From the IMG/VR virus record IMGVR_UViG_3300027628_000007: DNA of 64,000 nt; one strand, written 5' to 3'. A model generated the notes under the pieces. It saw nothing but the letters and a program-made list of their open reading frames with translations. It did no database searches and was not told the DNA's origin. The first letter of the stretch is position 1; each line of letters opens with the position of its first letter. Of the stretch, positions 44,347-53,813 are shown piece after piece. Both the position numbers and the translations under genes were made by a program. The DNA is from a virus. Taxonomy: Duplodnaviria; Heunggongvirae; Uroviricota; Caudoviricetes.

Positions 44347-45108
44347 CTAGTTAACTATAGTTACGCTAACATTTCTTCTGCCCCAATTGTTTGTTTGAGT
44401 GCTGTCACCCATTAGAATGTCAATTCTATTACCTTGGATTGCACTACCAGTATCTAAAGCAATGTAAGTCCCTAGACCTTCAATCTCTACGATACTATTT
44501 AAAGGAATCACGCTAGGGTCTGTTGCGATAATCCCCATGCCGTTATAAGTGATGCTATTAGAAATATCTAAACCTGTTCTTGTAACGACTTTTCCACCAT
44601 ATGTACCATTCTCACTTGGATGGTTTGTATATGCAGTAGCTTCAACTGTGATAGTTCTGCCACTAGATTTCTTTTCTTCTTTTGCTACAGCAGGTGCTTG
44701 TTGCACTTCTTGCTTCTCAACTTTTGCTTCCTTTTTCACATCACTTCCTTTCTTTTGTTTTTTAAAACTTAATTCTTTTTCCAATTCTTGGATTTTTTGC
44801 TGATAGCCTTCAACAGTTGAATGTTGTTCCTCTATCTTCTTGGACTGTTCATTGATAGTGTTCTCCTGTTCGGATTTTACTTTCTCTGATTCTTGAAATT
44901 TCTTATCTAACTCATCCAATTGAGCTTGGATATTCTTAATACGGTTGTCCTTATCAGCATTGTTATCATTCAATTTTTTGATAGTCTTATTGCTATCACT
45001 GATTTCCGCATTCTTTCTGTCAATTGTGCTGTAAGAATAAGCACCTACGCCTATTGTCAGCATTAAATTGACTGTCATCACTCCACCTATAATATAATTT
45101 TTATTCAT
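44347..45108 (-). CDS. 3D-domain protein (MltA/Rpf-like cell-wall binding) with N-terminal TM and coiled coil
   Basis: C-terminal 3D domain: ATAYT...GIIATDPSVIPLNSIVEIEGLGTYIALDTGSAIQGNRIDI. Confidence 0.8.
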   Translation of the reverse strand: MNKNYIIGGVMTVNLMLTIGVGAYSYSTIDRKNAEISDSNKTIKKLNDNNADKDNRIKNIQAQLDELDKKFQESEKVKSEQENTINEQSKKIEEQHSTVEGYQQKIQELEKELSFKKQKKGSDVKKEAKVEKQEVQQAPAVAKEEKKSSGRTITVEATAYTNHPSENGTYGGKVVTRTGLDISNSITYNGMGIIATDPSVIPLNSIVEIEGLGTYIALDTGSAIQGNRIDILMGDSTQTNNWGRRNVSVTIVN

Positions 45109-45139
45109 ATTTCCTCCTAGTTTAGCCTTATTACGAGAT

Positions 45140-45167
45140 TTGGTAGGTTAAACTCTTAACCTACCAA
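45140..45167 (-). other. very stable hairpin (12-bp stem TTGGTAGGTTAA/TTAACCTACCAA, 4-nt loop) without U tract, between RecA-like and 3D-domain genes
   Basis: Read from sequence. Confidence 0.4.
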
Positions 45168-45180
45168 ACTCCTTTATGTA

Positions 45181-46278
45181 TTAAGCTAGAGATTTAACAA
45201 ACTCTAATGCTTTTTGTAAAGCATCTAAGTCGTTTGATTTGCGGTAATCCGCTTGACCTAAAACCTCTTTAAATTCAGTTGCACATTCACGCTTAGTTGC
45301 TACTTCCATTCCTGCTACAAGTGAAGCGATTTCTGCTTTAACAGAGTCAACAGTTACTTCGACTTCTTCTGCATGTTGTACTTCTGGGTCTTTTTCAACC
45401 ACTTCTTGTACTGGCTCTTCTTTTGCAACCTCTTTCGCAACTTCTTTGACCTTTTCGACTTTAGAGATAGAAGAGCCTTCCACAGCCTTCTTAAATTCTG
45501 CTAAAAATTCTTTTGGGTCATTGCTGATTTCAGCAGGGAAGTTACGGAAACGAGTACCACATAAGATATTACCATCACTACGGAATCGTAACACACGTGT
45601 TGTTTCTGGCTTACCATCTTTTCCTTCTTTAACCATGATGTCACCGTACATAATCATATCAGCTTCACGCTCAATGATATCCGATGTTTTACCTAAAACG
45701 TTTAATCCAGTGTAGTCATACTCGTAACCATCACGATTTTTGATTTTCTTAGTTTTAGAGTGACCGATTACTAATACACCGAATCCTGCTTTTTTCAGAC
45801 GGTCAATTTGTTGGTAGATGTGCTCTGCAACCAACGTATAACCTTTACCCCAAGGGATGTCTGAAATGTCTGTGTAACGTTTCTGTGGTTGGTCATCACG
45901 ATTTGCTTTTCGGATTGCATACGCTACAGCGTAACGCTCTAATGCAGTGATTGTATCAATGATAATGAATCGGAATGGAATTTCGTCTTTATTATCAATT
46001 AACTCATCTACTACTTCGATGAATCCTTTTTGTTCGCCATCTTCTTCTTCTGCGAAGTCAAAACCTGTTACTGGAATAGCGAATACGCCATCCATAGTTT
46101 TATAACCAATCTCTGTCGCTAATAGCAATGCTTTATCCATATCACCGTTGTAGTGCTCACGTACAGTGTCTACAGACCAAGTTGTTTTACCGAATTTACT
46201 TGGTGCTAACATTGCCATAAAGTACCCTTCAAGAGATGCTACAGGTTTATTTGCTTTTAAAGTTTTTAAGAATGACAT
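45181..46278 (-). CDS. RecA-like recombination ATPase (AAA_24/Sak4-like core)
   Basis: Walker A PSKFGKTT, Walker B FIIIDTITAL. Confidence 0.65.
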   Translation of the reverse strand: MSFLKTLKANKPVASLEGYFMAMLAPSKFGKTTWSVDTVREHYNGDMDKALLLATEIGYKTMDGVFAIPVTGFDFAEEEDGEQKGFIEVVDELIDNKDEIPFRFIIIDTITALERYAVAYAIRKANRDDQPQKRYTDISDIPWGKGYTLVAEHIYQQIDRLKKAGFGVLVIGHSKTKKIKNRDGYEYDYTGLNVLGKTSDIIEREADMIMYGDIMVKEGKDGKPETTRVLRFRSDGNILCGTRFRNFPAEISNDPKEFLAEFKKAVEGSSISKVEKVKEVAKEVAKEEPVQEVVEKDPEVQHAEEVEVTVDSVKAEIASLVAGMEVATKRECATEFKEVLGQADYRKSNDLDALQKALEFVKSLA

Positions 46279-46386
46279 TAATATTTTCCCCTTTTCTCAC
46301 ACATAAATGTGAGTAAGGGGGCGTTCTTACTATTTTAGTATTTTTTCGCCCCTACGTTCTCATGTTGTAAGGTTTGACATGATACT

Positions 46387-46415
46387 ATTATATCATTATC
46401 TTTGATGTTTATCAA
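46387..46415 (-). promoter_or_regulatory. sigmaA-type promoter (TTGATA-17-TATAAT) upstream of RecA-like gene
   Basis: Family spacer. Confidence 0.55.
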
Positions 46416-46429
46416 GTTGCTAGTTTATA

Positions 46430-47578
46430 TTAGAATGGTAAATCGTCATCTTCGATGTCGTCTAAGTTTACTTCATCGTCACCTGCGAATGGGTTGTTTT
46501 CTTTCTTCGCTTTGCCACCTAATTCAGAAAGCTCATCATCTTTCTTCTTAGTTAATAGCTCACTTGCTTTTTTAGCTTCTTCGAAATCTTCTTCTGTGTA
46601 GACTTTCTTATCCCAAGCATCTACACCTTCGATTTGCATTGCACTAATGTATGTACGAGAAACGAATGCTTGTGCGTGTTTAGGCTTAGATTTACCGCCT
46701 AAAAGATTTAGCATATCTACTTCTTCGCCCTCATCTTCTTCTCCTGCAACCTCTTCAACAATAACACGATTCAATGCGTTACCACGTACAGTTAAAAGGT
46801 CACCGAATTTGATTTTCTTAGCGAATGCATCAGCTAATTTTTTCATGCCTGCATCTACATTGCCTTCTTCGTCTTTAAATACAATTTCCATCTGTGTATC
46901 ATGGAATGACTTATTGTAGTTAATGTGACGTGCTGTAACGAATGCTTTACCTTCTTTAGCTTCAACCATTGCATCAACATATACCATTTCTTGCTCAAAG
47001 TATGTAACTTCTTCAAATTTTTCATCTTCGAAATCAATGTCTTTTAAGCGGAAAACTTTCTTAATAGTATAAGTCTTTTTCTCTTTTGTCTTACCTTCTC
47101 GGTCTTCGTAATGACCGTAGCGGATTTCTCCTTCGACAACTACGCTGTCGCCATTATCAAGCTTCTCAAAGATTTCTTTTGAAGCTACGAAACTTGGTAA
47201 ACCTTTGCTTACTAATTTTCCATCTTCACCATAATTTAAGCCAATTCTTGTTTGTAATACTGCATAACCTTGCTCACGAAGTTCTTCTTGCTCATCTTCC
47301 CATTGAGCGAATGGAATACGGTCACCTTTGTAACCCTTGTCCTTTTTCTTCTTGTCGCTATTCCACATGAAAACTTCTTCTGGTTCGAAGTCAAACATTT
47401 CAACATTCATTGTATTTGTTTCAGATGTTTTTACACCGAATCGTAATGCACGATAAGTTTGCCCAATCATTTTACCTTTTGTCGCCTTATCTTCTTTGAA
47501 AGCGTGCTCTTTGTCGATTCCTGTCACCTTTCCAATAAATTTGAAGCTGTTTTTCGTTTGTTTTAACTCGTTTGTCAT
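46430..47578 (-). CDS. ssb: single-stranded DNA-binding protein with acidic C-terminal tail
   Basis: C-terminus ...DDEVNLDDIEDDDLPF (compare bacterial SSB DDDIPF). Confidence 0.6.
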   Translation of the reverse strand: MTNELKQTKNSFKFIGKVTGIDKEHAFKEDKATKGKMIGQTYRALRFGVKTSETNTMNVEMFDFEPEEVFMWNSDKKKKDKGYKGDRIPFAQWEDEQEELREQGYAVLQTRIGLNYGEDGKLVSKGLPSFVASKEIFEKLDNGDSVVVEGEIRYGHYEDREGKTKEKKTYTIKKVFRLKDIDFEDEKFEEVTYFEQEMVYVDAMVEAKEGKAFVTARHINYNKSFHDTQMEIVFKDEEGNVDAGMKKLADAFAKKIKFGDLLTVRGNALNRVIVEEVAGEEDEGEEVDMLNLLGGKSKPKHAQAFVSRTYISAMQIEGVDAWDKKVYTEEDFEEAKKASELLTKKKDDELSELGGKAKKENNPFAGDDEVNLDDIEDDDLPF

Positions 47579-47665
47579 AAACTTATTTCCCCCAATTATG
47601 TAATTATTTTTTGCTTTTATGGTGAAGGAAAAGAATTTTTAACTCTTTCCCCATCAACAATACTT

Positions 47666-47694
47666 ATTATATCATTAACTTTATCGTTTGTCAA
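47666..47694 (-). promoter_or_regulatory. sigmaA-type promoter, perfect TTGACA-17-TATAAT, upstream of ssb
   Basis: attata tcattaactttatcgtt tgtcaa. Confidence 0.7.
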
Positions 47695-47698
47695 CTAA

Positions 47699-48076
47699 CT
47701 ATAGTACATAACTTAAAATATTTTTATTTGGATTCATTTTAAATTGACTATAGATGCTTTCTAATGTGGTTTTACCGCTTGACAACGATTCATAAATGAA
47801 TGCTACATCCTCTCCATCAAAAAACTGTAAGAATGTTTCTTGAAATGCAGTCTTTATCCCCTTAGTTGAGCACATACTAACAAACATTTCAAGGGTTATG
47901 TTGGATGATTCCAATTTGCTTTCTCTGTAATCCAGAATATCATCCGCTACGCAAGTATTTCTACCGTAATTCGTTATGTAAAACGAATGGCAGTCGCCAA
48001 TCGTTCGAAACAAAATTGTTGACTCTTGCGGTAAATCAAGTGACTTTATAAATCCTTCGACTGAATTAGCCACCAT
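47699..48076 (-). CDS. hypothetical protein
   Basis: ORF track; RBS GGGAGAG. Confidence 0.6.
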   Translation of the reverse strand: MVANSVEGFIKSLDLPQESTILFRTIGDCHSFYITNYGRNTCVADDILDYRESKLESSNITLEMFVSMCSTKGIKTAFQETFLQFFDGEDVAFIYESLSSGKTTLESIYSQFKMNPNKNILSYVL

Positions 48077-48142
48077 GCATCCACTCTCCCTTATTTTGTT
48101 ATCAAGTGTCGTTTGCTTTCCGCTCCCTTACCTTGTAACGTT

Positions 48143-48171
48143 ATTGTAACATGTAATCGCTTTGCATACAA
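48143..48171 (-). promoter_or_regulatory. sigmaA-type promoter of a different kind (TTGTAT-17-TACAAT), not a family member
   Basis: Lies in the GC-richer intergenic region containing TTGTAAC direct repeats. Confidence 0.4.
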
Positions 48172-48195
48172 GCCTTTTCGCATCACCTCCTTCAA

Positions 48196-48465
48196 TTATT
48201 TTTTAACATCTACAATTTCGAATATATCAGTATAGTTGATATTTAATACATCTGCAATTGCATGTGCATACAATAATTTCCAACTTGACTTATTCGACAT
48301 CAAGCTCATAAATCCTTTATATTGCAGGTCTAATCCAAACTTGGTGGAAACCTTGTTATGAAGCTCAATATACTCCATTTTTTGGCTCTCTAAAATCTTA
48401 TGCAACTTCTCTCTATTCAACTTAATATCCTTTTGATGTTCTACCACTCTTGACATTTTCCTCAT
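48196..48465 (-). CDS. putative HTH (XRE-like) DNA-binding protein
   Basis: Weak HTH pattern in ...YKGFMSLMSNKSSWKLLYAHAIADVLNIN. Confidence 0.4.
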   Translation of the reverse strand: MRKMSRVVEHQKDIKLNREKLHKILESQKMEYIELHNKVSTKFGLDLQYKGFMSLMSNKSSWKLLYAHAIADVLNINYTDIFEIVDVKK

Positions 48466-48471
48466 CCTCTC

Positions 48472-49467
48472 TTATTGCGGATATGTTTGTCGAATGTGCT
48501 GTAAATCAAGGAATCCTTTCAGATTGTGATAAGACTTCATATTGTATCGGTCTGCTACAATCTTGATGTCGTCTAAAGACAACTCGTTATTACCTTTGAT
48601 AAGCTCATTCGCAAAGTACATCATACCGCTTCTTTGTACGTATTTAGCTGTAAGCTTATCGAATCCTAAAGCTTCTGCCATATTTTTCATTCTTCTATAT
48701 ACTACGAATTTATCTACTGGTGCATTTAGGCTTTTCTCAATTTTAGTTAAAGAAGCTCTGATTACATAATCATTATTAGCAAGGTCAGTATATTTTCTGA
48801 TTCTGTCCTGTGCAACCATTTCACCATTCTTCTTCATATAAGTTTTTTGAGCAATTGCCCCTTGGATTAATTCTAAAGTTCTGTCGTCAACATCTAAAAA
48901 TCTTTCTGTAAATTTAACTGGAAAACCATTGTCATCTTCTTTTAAAGTATTTACAAGGTGCAGGCGTTTATTTTCAAAATCAACATCTTCTATTTTTAAG
49001 TTGCGGATTTCACTCATTTGTTTACCGCCTACTCCTACAAATGAAAGTCGTAAGATTACTGAATCTTGATAGTTTGCACATCTGTCTTCATATCTTCTAA
49101 GACCTTTTTCAGTAGTATAAACTTCTTCATTTGTCAAATACTTTTCAAAGTCAGTAGGTTTAAGTACAGCTAACACATTCTCTTTAATGTGCCCATGCTT
49201 TACACACCAGTTCAAGTAACTTGAAATGATACGTGCGTAAGTTTCAATGGTATTTCTATTATTGGATTTGAAGTCATACATAACAGTTTCCAATTGACTA
49301 AAAGTAAACAACCTAACATCTTTTTCCAAAGCTTCCTCATGTTTAGCAGTGTATTTAAAGATGCGTTCGTAGCTGAAAACAGTACCTTCATTAATTTCAC
49401 TTAGAAATTGTTCCTTCAATCCATCTTTATCAAATATAGAATTATCATTTGTGTTTGTCATAGTCAT
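48472..49467 (-). CDS. tyrosine-recombinase (integrase)-fold-like protein, divergent
   Basis: SAM-like N-terminal domain; RLSFVGVGGKQMSEIRNLKIEDVDF resembles the integrase Arg-I box; C-terminal KYVQRSG...KSYHN could be the Arg-II/Tyr region. The track start at 49521 is probably too long; the ATG at about 49467 has AGGAGTGG. Confidence 0.4.
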   Translation of the reverse strand: MTMTNTNDNSIFDKDGLKEQFLSEINEGTVFSYERIFKYTAKHEEALEKDVRLFTFSQLETVMYDFKSNNRNTIETYARIISSYLNWCVKHGHIKENVLAVLKPTDFEKYLTNEEVYTTEKGLRRYEDRCANYQDSVILRLSFVGVGGKQMSEIRNLKIEDVDFENKRLHLVNTLKEDDNGFPVKFTERFLDVDDRTLELIQGAIAQKTYMKKNGEMVAQDRIRKYTDLANNDYVIRASLTKIEKSLNAPVDKFVVYRRMKNMAEALGFDKLTAKYVQRSGMMYFANELIKGNNELSLDDIKIVADRYNMKSYHNLKGFLDLQHIRQTYPQ

Positions 49468-49726
49468 CACCAAAACCACTCCTTGTTTTATAAGTCTTAT
49501 TATAGTTATACCCACTCGCAAGGGTTTTTATGCATATAATCATTCGATTAAATTCTAGCAGTTTTGTCGAATCGTGTCAAATGACGTAAAATTGTCTCAA
49601 TTGAGACACTTTTGAGTGGGGTTAAGACTCCATAAAACATGACTTTTATCAAGATTTTCATCTGTCAAAAAGCACCTCTATTGACAGGCTTTTAGAACAT
49701 GACCTCATATGGGCTTTCTGTAGCAA

Positions 49727-49755
49727 ATTATATCATTAATTTTGTTGCTTGTCAA
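49727..49755 (-). promoter_or_regulatory. sigmaA-type promoter, perfect TTGACA-17-TATAAT, followed by a 200-nt leader rich in inverted repeats
   Basis: attata tcattaattttgttgct tgtcaa. Confidence 0.65.
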
Positions 49756-50304
49756 TTATTTTGATACAGGAACGCTCATAAGCTCATCTGTAGACTTGGT
49801 AATATATTCTGTACTTTTACCAATCAAATCCAATCCTTCTTGCATCTTATCCGCATTCACTTCATTAACCGCTTCCATTATCTTTACTCGGCTCTGCATA
49901 AAGTAATCGTATCCTTGTAACAATGTGTTGTGAGTATTTTTGTATTGCTCTGGCACATCACGATATCCTTTTATAGCATCGTAATCTGCTTGGATTTTGT
50001 CATACTCTCTTGTTACGTCCGATTTCCAATCTGCATTCATTAGAAGTTGCGGATGCATAGATGCTTTCTGGAACAGTGCACCAATTTCTTTAGATGCTTT
50101 CCCAGAGTTAGTCGTTGAATTTGAAACAGCAGTAAGATAATTTACTGTTCTTTGCTTTTCTACTGCTTGTGTGTCTACTTGTTCTACTTTAGGTTCAGTC
50201 TTCGGCTTCTCTACTGGCTCTGCCTTTTGAGAGCATCCAACTATACCTCCTGCCAATAGTATTGCTAGTGCGGTCTTGCTGATTTTTGATAACATTTTAG
50301 ACAT
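49756..50304 (-). CDS. lipoprotein (signal peptide + GCSQ)
   Basis: MSKMLSKISKTALAILLAGGIVGCSQ. Confidence 0.65.
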   Translation of the reverse strand: MSKMLSKISKTALAILLAGGIVGCSQKAEPVEKPKTEPKVEQVDTQAVEKQRTVNYLTAVSNSTTNSGKASKEIGALFQKASMHPQLLMNADWKSDVTREYDKIQADYDAIKGYRDVPEQYKNTHNTLLQGYDYFMQSRVKIMEAVNEVNADKMQEGLDLIGKSTEYITKSTDELMSVPVSK

Positions 50305-50389
50305 CTCCTTTATATTTGATAGTACAATATATGCGAAATACTAAAATAAATGACTATCTTTCACACATATTGTACAAGAACATCACTCC

Positions 50390-50905
50390 TTATACATAAT
50401 TTTTATAATATTTGGGCACTATATTTCTCTTAGCATAATCTATAGCATTCTTTACATCTGCCCCTGCTTTCTCTAATGCTAACAGGGTATCAATTAGCTT
50501 GTTGTCTGGGACTATCCAACATTGAGTCTCTTTATCATACTTTCTAATTGGTTGTTTCTTTAATACCTGTATGTACTTATCGTTATAACGAAAACTAATT
50601 AACGTACCAGATTCTAGCTTTGCTATACTTATACCATTACTACGATTATGTATACTTGCTATCTTTGATAGCTGTCTTGCAGTTTCTTCCATTTTCTCTT
50701 TCTCTATTTTTAATTGCGTTTTAGAATACTTGACTAGTCTCTTTGCAAGGTCTGCAAGTTGAGAATCGCTTAAACCATTATAATATGTCCTACAAGCACC
50801 GAAATCAGCTTTGTTGTAGCCGATTCCGTCTTGTTGAACTGGTCTTCCACGACCAAGCAAAAACTCGTTAAACGTCAACAGCTCTTCTTTAGTAAACGTA
50901 TCCAT
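50390..50905 (-). CDS. hypothetical protein
   Basis: ORF track. Confidence 0.6.
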   Translation of the reverse strand: MDTFTKEELLTFNEFLLGRGRPVQQDGIGYNKADFGACRTYYNGLSDSQLADLAKRLVKYSKTQLKIEKEKMEETARQLSKIASIHNRSNGISIAKLESGTLISFRYNDKYIQVLKKQPIRKYDKETQCWIVPDNKLIDTLLALEKAGADVKNAIDYAKRNIVPKYYKNYV

Positions 50906-50908
50906 ATG

Positions 50909-51349
50909 TCACACTCCTAATACTTTCATGTTCTTGTCGTACAATCTCCAATCTAAAGTCTTGTGTCGGTCATTTACGTGGTTCATCCATACGGATATAA
51001 CGGTATTGTTTGTTAAACTGAAAACCGCATGTAAGTTGAATCTACGGTTAACAATTGCTTTTGAACGTAATACTACACGCTCTTCATATTTCCGATGTCT
51101 TTTGTTGTAGACTATGCGGTATTCTATGATGGAGGAATTACTAATTGTAGAGATGATGTCGTGGCGTGTCGCTTCAATACCCTTCTCTTCCAATCTATCC
51201 AGTGCGTGGTCGATTATCTCCCATTCCCATTCCTGTACGGCTGATAAACGTTTCCATAATCCTAGTTCCTCAAACCTTTCTAATTGCGTTCCATGCTTAC
51301 GTTTGTCGCAATATTTTTTTAAATCCCTAACCAGTATTTTTGCCATCAC
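50909..51349 (-). CDS. hypothetical protein
   Basis: ORF track; perfect promoter upstream. Confidence 0.6.
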   Translation of the reverse strand: MMAKILVRDLKKYCDKRKHGTQLERFEELGLWKRLSAVQEWEWEIIDHALDRLEEKGIEATRHDIISTISNSSIIEYRIVYNKRHRKYEERVVLRSKAIVNRRFNLHAVFSLTNNTVISVWMNHVNDRHKTLDWRLYDKNMKVLGV

Positions 51350-51378
51350 TCACTCCCCATTTCGTATTTATATGTATC

Positions 51379-51407
51379 ATTATATGATTAACTTTAGCTT
51401 TTGTCAA
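51379..51407 (-). promoter_or_regulatory. sigmaA-type promoter, perfect TTGACA-17-TATAAT
   Basis: attata tgattaactttagcttt tgtcaa. Confidence 0.7.
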
Positions 51408-51424
51408 CGGAAATCGCAAATATT

Positions 51425-51757
51425 CTAAACAATATTCGCAATTTCCTCTGTAAAGTCTATGTTCTTTACAATCTTATGCACCGCTTTCCAAAAGTCAATC
51501 CCAAGCTCTTTAGCCATCTTCTCGGCTTTCACTGTATGCTCACGATTCAACTTGCAAGATGATACATTGTATTGCACCTTTTGCTCATACAAGATTACAA
51601 TTACTCCTTTGTATTCAATCTGGTAAGAGAAAGGTTCGTTCCCATCTCCCCATTCGCCATTAGTTACAACAGCTTGAACGATTGGCTTTGACATACCACG
51701 TTTAGCCATCCGTTTCAATTGGTGCTTTGTGAAAAACAACGGCTTATTCTTTTTCAT
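51425..51757 (-). CDS. DUF4258-like small protein (putative toxin-fold)
   Basis: N-terminal FFTKHQLKRMAKRGMS pattern resembles the DUF4258 FTKHA.ERM..RGIS motif. Confidence 0.4.
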   Translation of the reverse strand: MKKNKPLFFTKHQLKRMAKRGMSKPIVQAVVTNGEWGDGNEPFSYQIEYKGVIVILYEQKVQYNVSSCKLNREHTVKAEKMAKELGIDFWKAVHKIVKNIDFTEEIANIV

Positions 51758-51804
51758 GTCATCCCTCCTTATTTTATTCTATGCAATTTATGTATCGCCT
51801 AACA

Positions 51805-52146
51805 CTATTTACGACAGATATGCTCACTACCATTTATACTATCGTTATACTTCATACGTGGTGTGATTGCAACGCCACCATCTTCTCTTTTTGTTTCTAC
51901 AACAAGATATTCACAAGTACCATATGGTGTTTTATCTTTATAGACCGATATGTCTGCACTAGGCGTATCATTATATGCTTCAACCTTCATATCGTTAATG
52001 GTTCTAAACAATGTAGGCGTTGCCATTAGCAATCCAATATCTGCAATCAATAGTCCTCCAAGTATAGCAATCATTTTCAACGTCTTTTTCTTACTCTTTA
52101 CTGGTTTCATTTTCTTTCTTGGATACATGCATGACATGTTAATCAC
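51805..52146 (-). CDS. membrane protein
   Basis: N-terminal TM (IAILGGLLIADIGLLMA). Confidence 0.55.
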   Translation of the reverse strand: MINMSCMYPRKKMKPVKSKKKTLKMIAILGGLLIADIGLLMATPTLFRTINDMKVEAYNDTPSADISVYKDKTPYGTCEYLVVETKREDGGVAITPRMKYNDSINGSEHICRK

Positions 52147-52167
52147 TCCTTTTATGTTTGTAATAAC

Positions 52168-52196
52168 AATATATCATTACTTTTGTCGCTTGTCAA
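52168..52196 (-). promoter_or_regulatory. sigmaA-type promoter (TTGACA-17-TATATT); -35 within CTTGTCAACAG
   Basis: Family spacer. Confidence 0.6.
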
Positions 52197-52413
52197 CAGA
52201 CTTTAAATATTCTTCCCCAAAAACTTCTTTGAACATTCCAAATTTAAGATGCAAGTATGCAACAATTACTGCAAGTGGAATTGGAGAGATTAACATATAC
52301 CAAGATAAGACAAATGCATCAGTTTTAACAGTTAGATGCAGGATAAGCACAGCTAAGTAAAGCAACTCCATATACCAATACGCTTCCGCTACAACTTTTA
52401 AGTAGTTTTTCAT
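52177..52413 (-). CDS. small membrane protein
   Basis: Two TM helices. Confidence 0.55.
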   Translation of the reverse strand: MKNYLKVVAEAYWYMELLYLAVLILHLTVKTDAFVLSWYMLISPIPLAVIVAYLHLKFGMFKEVFGEEYLKSVDKRQK

Positions 52414-52658
52414 TTTCCCATCTCCTTCATATATTTAGTTAGTAGTTCATTGACACCCATAAACACAGGTGCAAGAATGAGGTCTTCTCGGTCTTCTTGC
52501 ACCATATGTTTAATGATTACCATCTTGCCTACTAACTCTTCTAGATTCATCTTCTTAGGGATGCCAAGACCTACAAGACGTTTTTCTCCTTTGTGTTCTA
52601 TAATGATTGCTCTATCACTATAGCCAACTACCTTTTTGGGAATTGTTCGTGTTAACAT
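52410..52658 (-). CDS. hypothetical protein
   Basis: ORF track. Confidence 0.55.
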   Translation of the reverse strand: MLTRTIPKKVVGYSDRAIIIEHKGEKRLVGLGIPKKMNLEELVGKMVIIKHMVQEDREDLILAPVFMGVNELLTKYMKEMGK

Positions 52659-52669
52659 GTTTAGCCCTC

Positions 52670-53050
52670 CTATTTTACATCTGGATATTTTTTCTGTAAC
52701 TTTTTAAGCAGGCGTATTTCATCCTCTTGTTCTAGCTGTGCGTAATAAGCCTTGTCTTCCAACTCTTTTTGTGCTTTAAGCTCTTCTTTAATTCGGATTT
52801 CCTCTTTCAGTTCATCCATAAACGTATCATCATATAAGTATTCAATTGGAAAATTCATCTGTTCTGGCTCATCCCAACATTCAACTGTCACAATAACATC
52901 TTTCTTTGTTATTTCGTATATGCCTTCAAACCAATTCCCTCTCCATCTTCCTGCTTTTAGCAAAGTTTCGACAACGTGTTCCACTCTATCATAAAGCTTC
53001 TCATATGTACCTGCATATAACTGCACCACTTCTTTATCTAATTTCTCCAT
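52670..53050 (-). CDS. hypothetical protein
   Basis: ORF track. Confidence 0.6.
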   Translation of the reverse strand: MEKLDKEVVQLYAGTYEKLYDRVEHVVETLLKAGRWRGNWFEGIYEITKKDVIVTVECWDEPEQMNFPIEYLYDDTFMDELKEEIRIKEELKAQKELEDKAYYAQLEQEDEIRLLKKLQKKYPDVK

Positions 53051-53063
53051 AATATCTCTCCTT

Positions 53064-53288
53064 TTAGTCTCTATAGACTTTAATATCGTAAAAGAATGTC
53101 AATTGGTCAAGACCGTTTTTACACAACCATTTCGCATACTTCCTTGCTTTGAATCCCATTAATTGTAATATGAAACATGGGAAGGAAACGATGTTTGAGT
53201 AGATGATAATTATGATAAAAAATATCGCTTCCCACCATCTAGGTTTCCATCCAAACATAATATCATCTCCAATCCTCAACATATACAT
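53064..53288 (-). CDS. small membrane protein
   Basis: ORF track; hydrophobic. Confidence 0.5.
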   Translation of the reverse strand: MYMLRIGDDIMFGWKPRWWEAIFFIIIIIYSNIVSFPCFILQLMGFKARKYAKWLCKNGLDQLTFFYDIKVYRD

Positions 53289-53451
53289 CTTTGTGAGTGA
53301 CTGTTACATCGTATTTCTCTTCAATTGCCTTCTTAATCATCTTTTCAGATTCATTAAGTGGCATTGCACAATCACCAATGTCTTCCGCATCAATATTTAC
53401 TGCAAATCTAATTTCTACCGTTCCAACTACTCTCATACTATCAACCTCCAA
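53263..53451 (-). CDS. hypothetical protein
   Basis: ORF track. Confidence 0.5.
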   Translation of the reverse strand: MEVDSMRVVGTVEIRFAVNIDAEDIGDCAMPLNESEKMIKKAIEEKYDVTVTHKDVYVEDWR

Positions 53452-53809
53452 ATAGTTTTTTAAAGAATCCTTTACTTCGCTCTGCCTTTAATTCTTCAAG
53501 CTTCTTATATGCTTCATACTCTTTCATATTACCATCTGTTTTCGATAAGACTTTTGAAGTGTAGCACTTATACGAATCGTCCATAATGTCATATTCAATC
53601 CTGCTGATATAAACACTCTCACCATTGATAGCAACCGATGTGCCTGCTTGAAATTCTACATGCACATTATCTTTTCTGAAAAACTCTGTATATGTAACGT
53701 TTCCGATGTAATCACCTATGGTATTTACATCAACTCCATACCAATCACAGTAGTATGATTTTGGCTCATAGTTTATTGTTTCATTCCTGCCGTAAAATAC
53801 GTATCTCAT
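53441..53809 (-). CDS. hypothetical protein
   Basis: ORF track. Confidence 0.6.
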   Translation of the reverse strand: MRYVFYGRNETINYEPKSYYCDWYGVDVNTIGDYIGNVTYTEFFRKDNVHVEFQAGTSVAINGESVYISRIEYDIMDDSYKCYTSKVLSKTDGNMKEYEAYKKLEELKAERSKGFFKKLFGG

Positions 53810-53813
53810 ACTA

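Noticed and set aside
48100-48195. 30-codon ORF (MRKGLYAKRLHVTITLQGKGAESKRHLITK) in the intergenic region
   Set aside because: Its ATG is only 2 nt from the GGAGGTG element, too close for initiation. The region is better explained as a leader/promoter region with TTGTAAC repeats.
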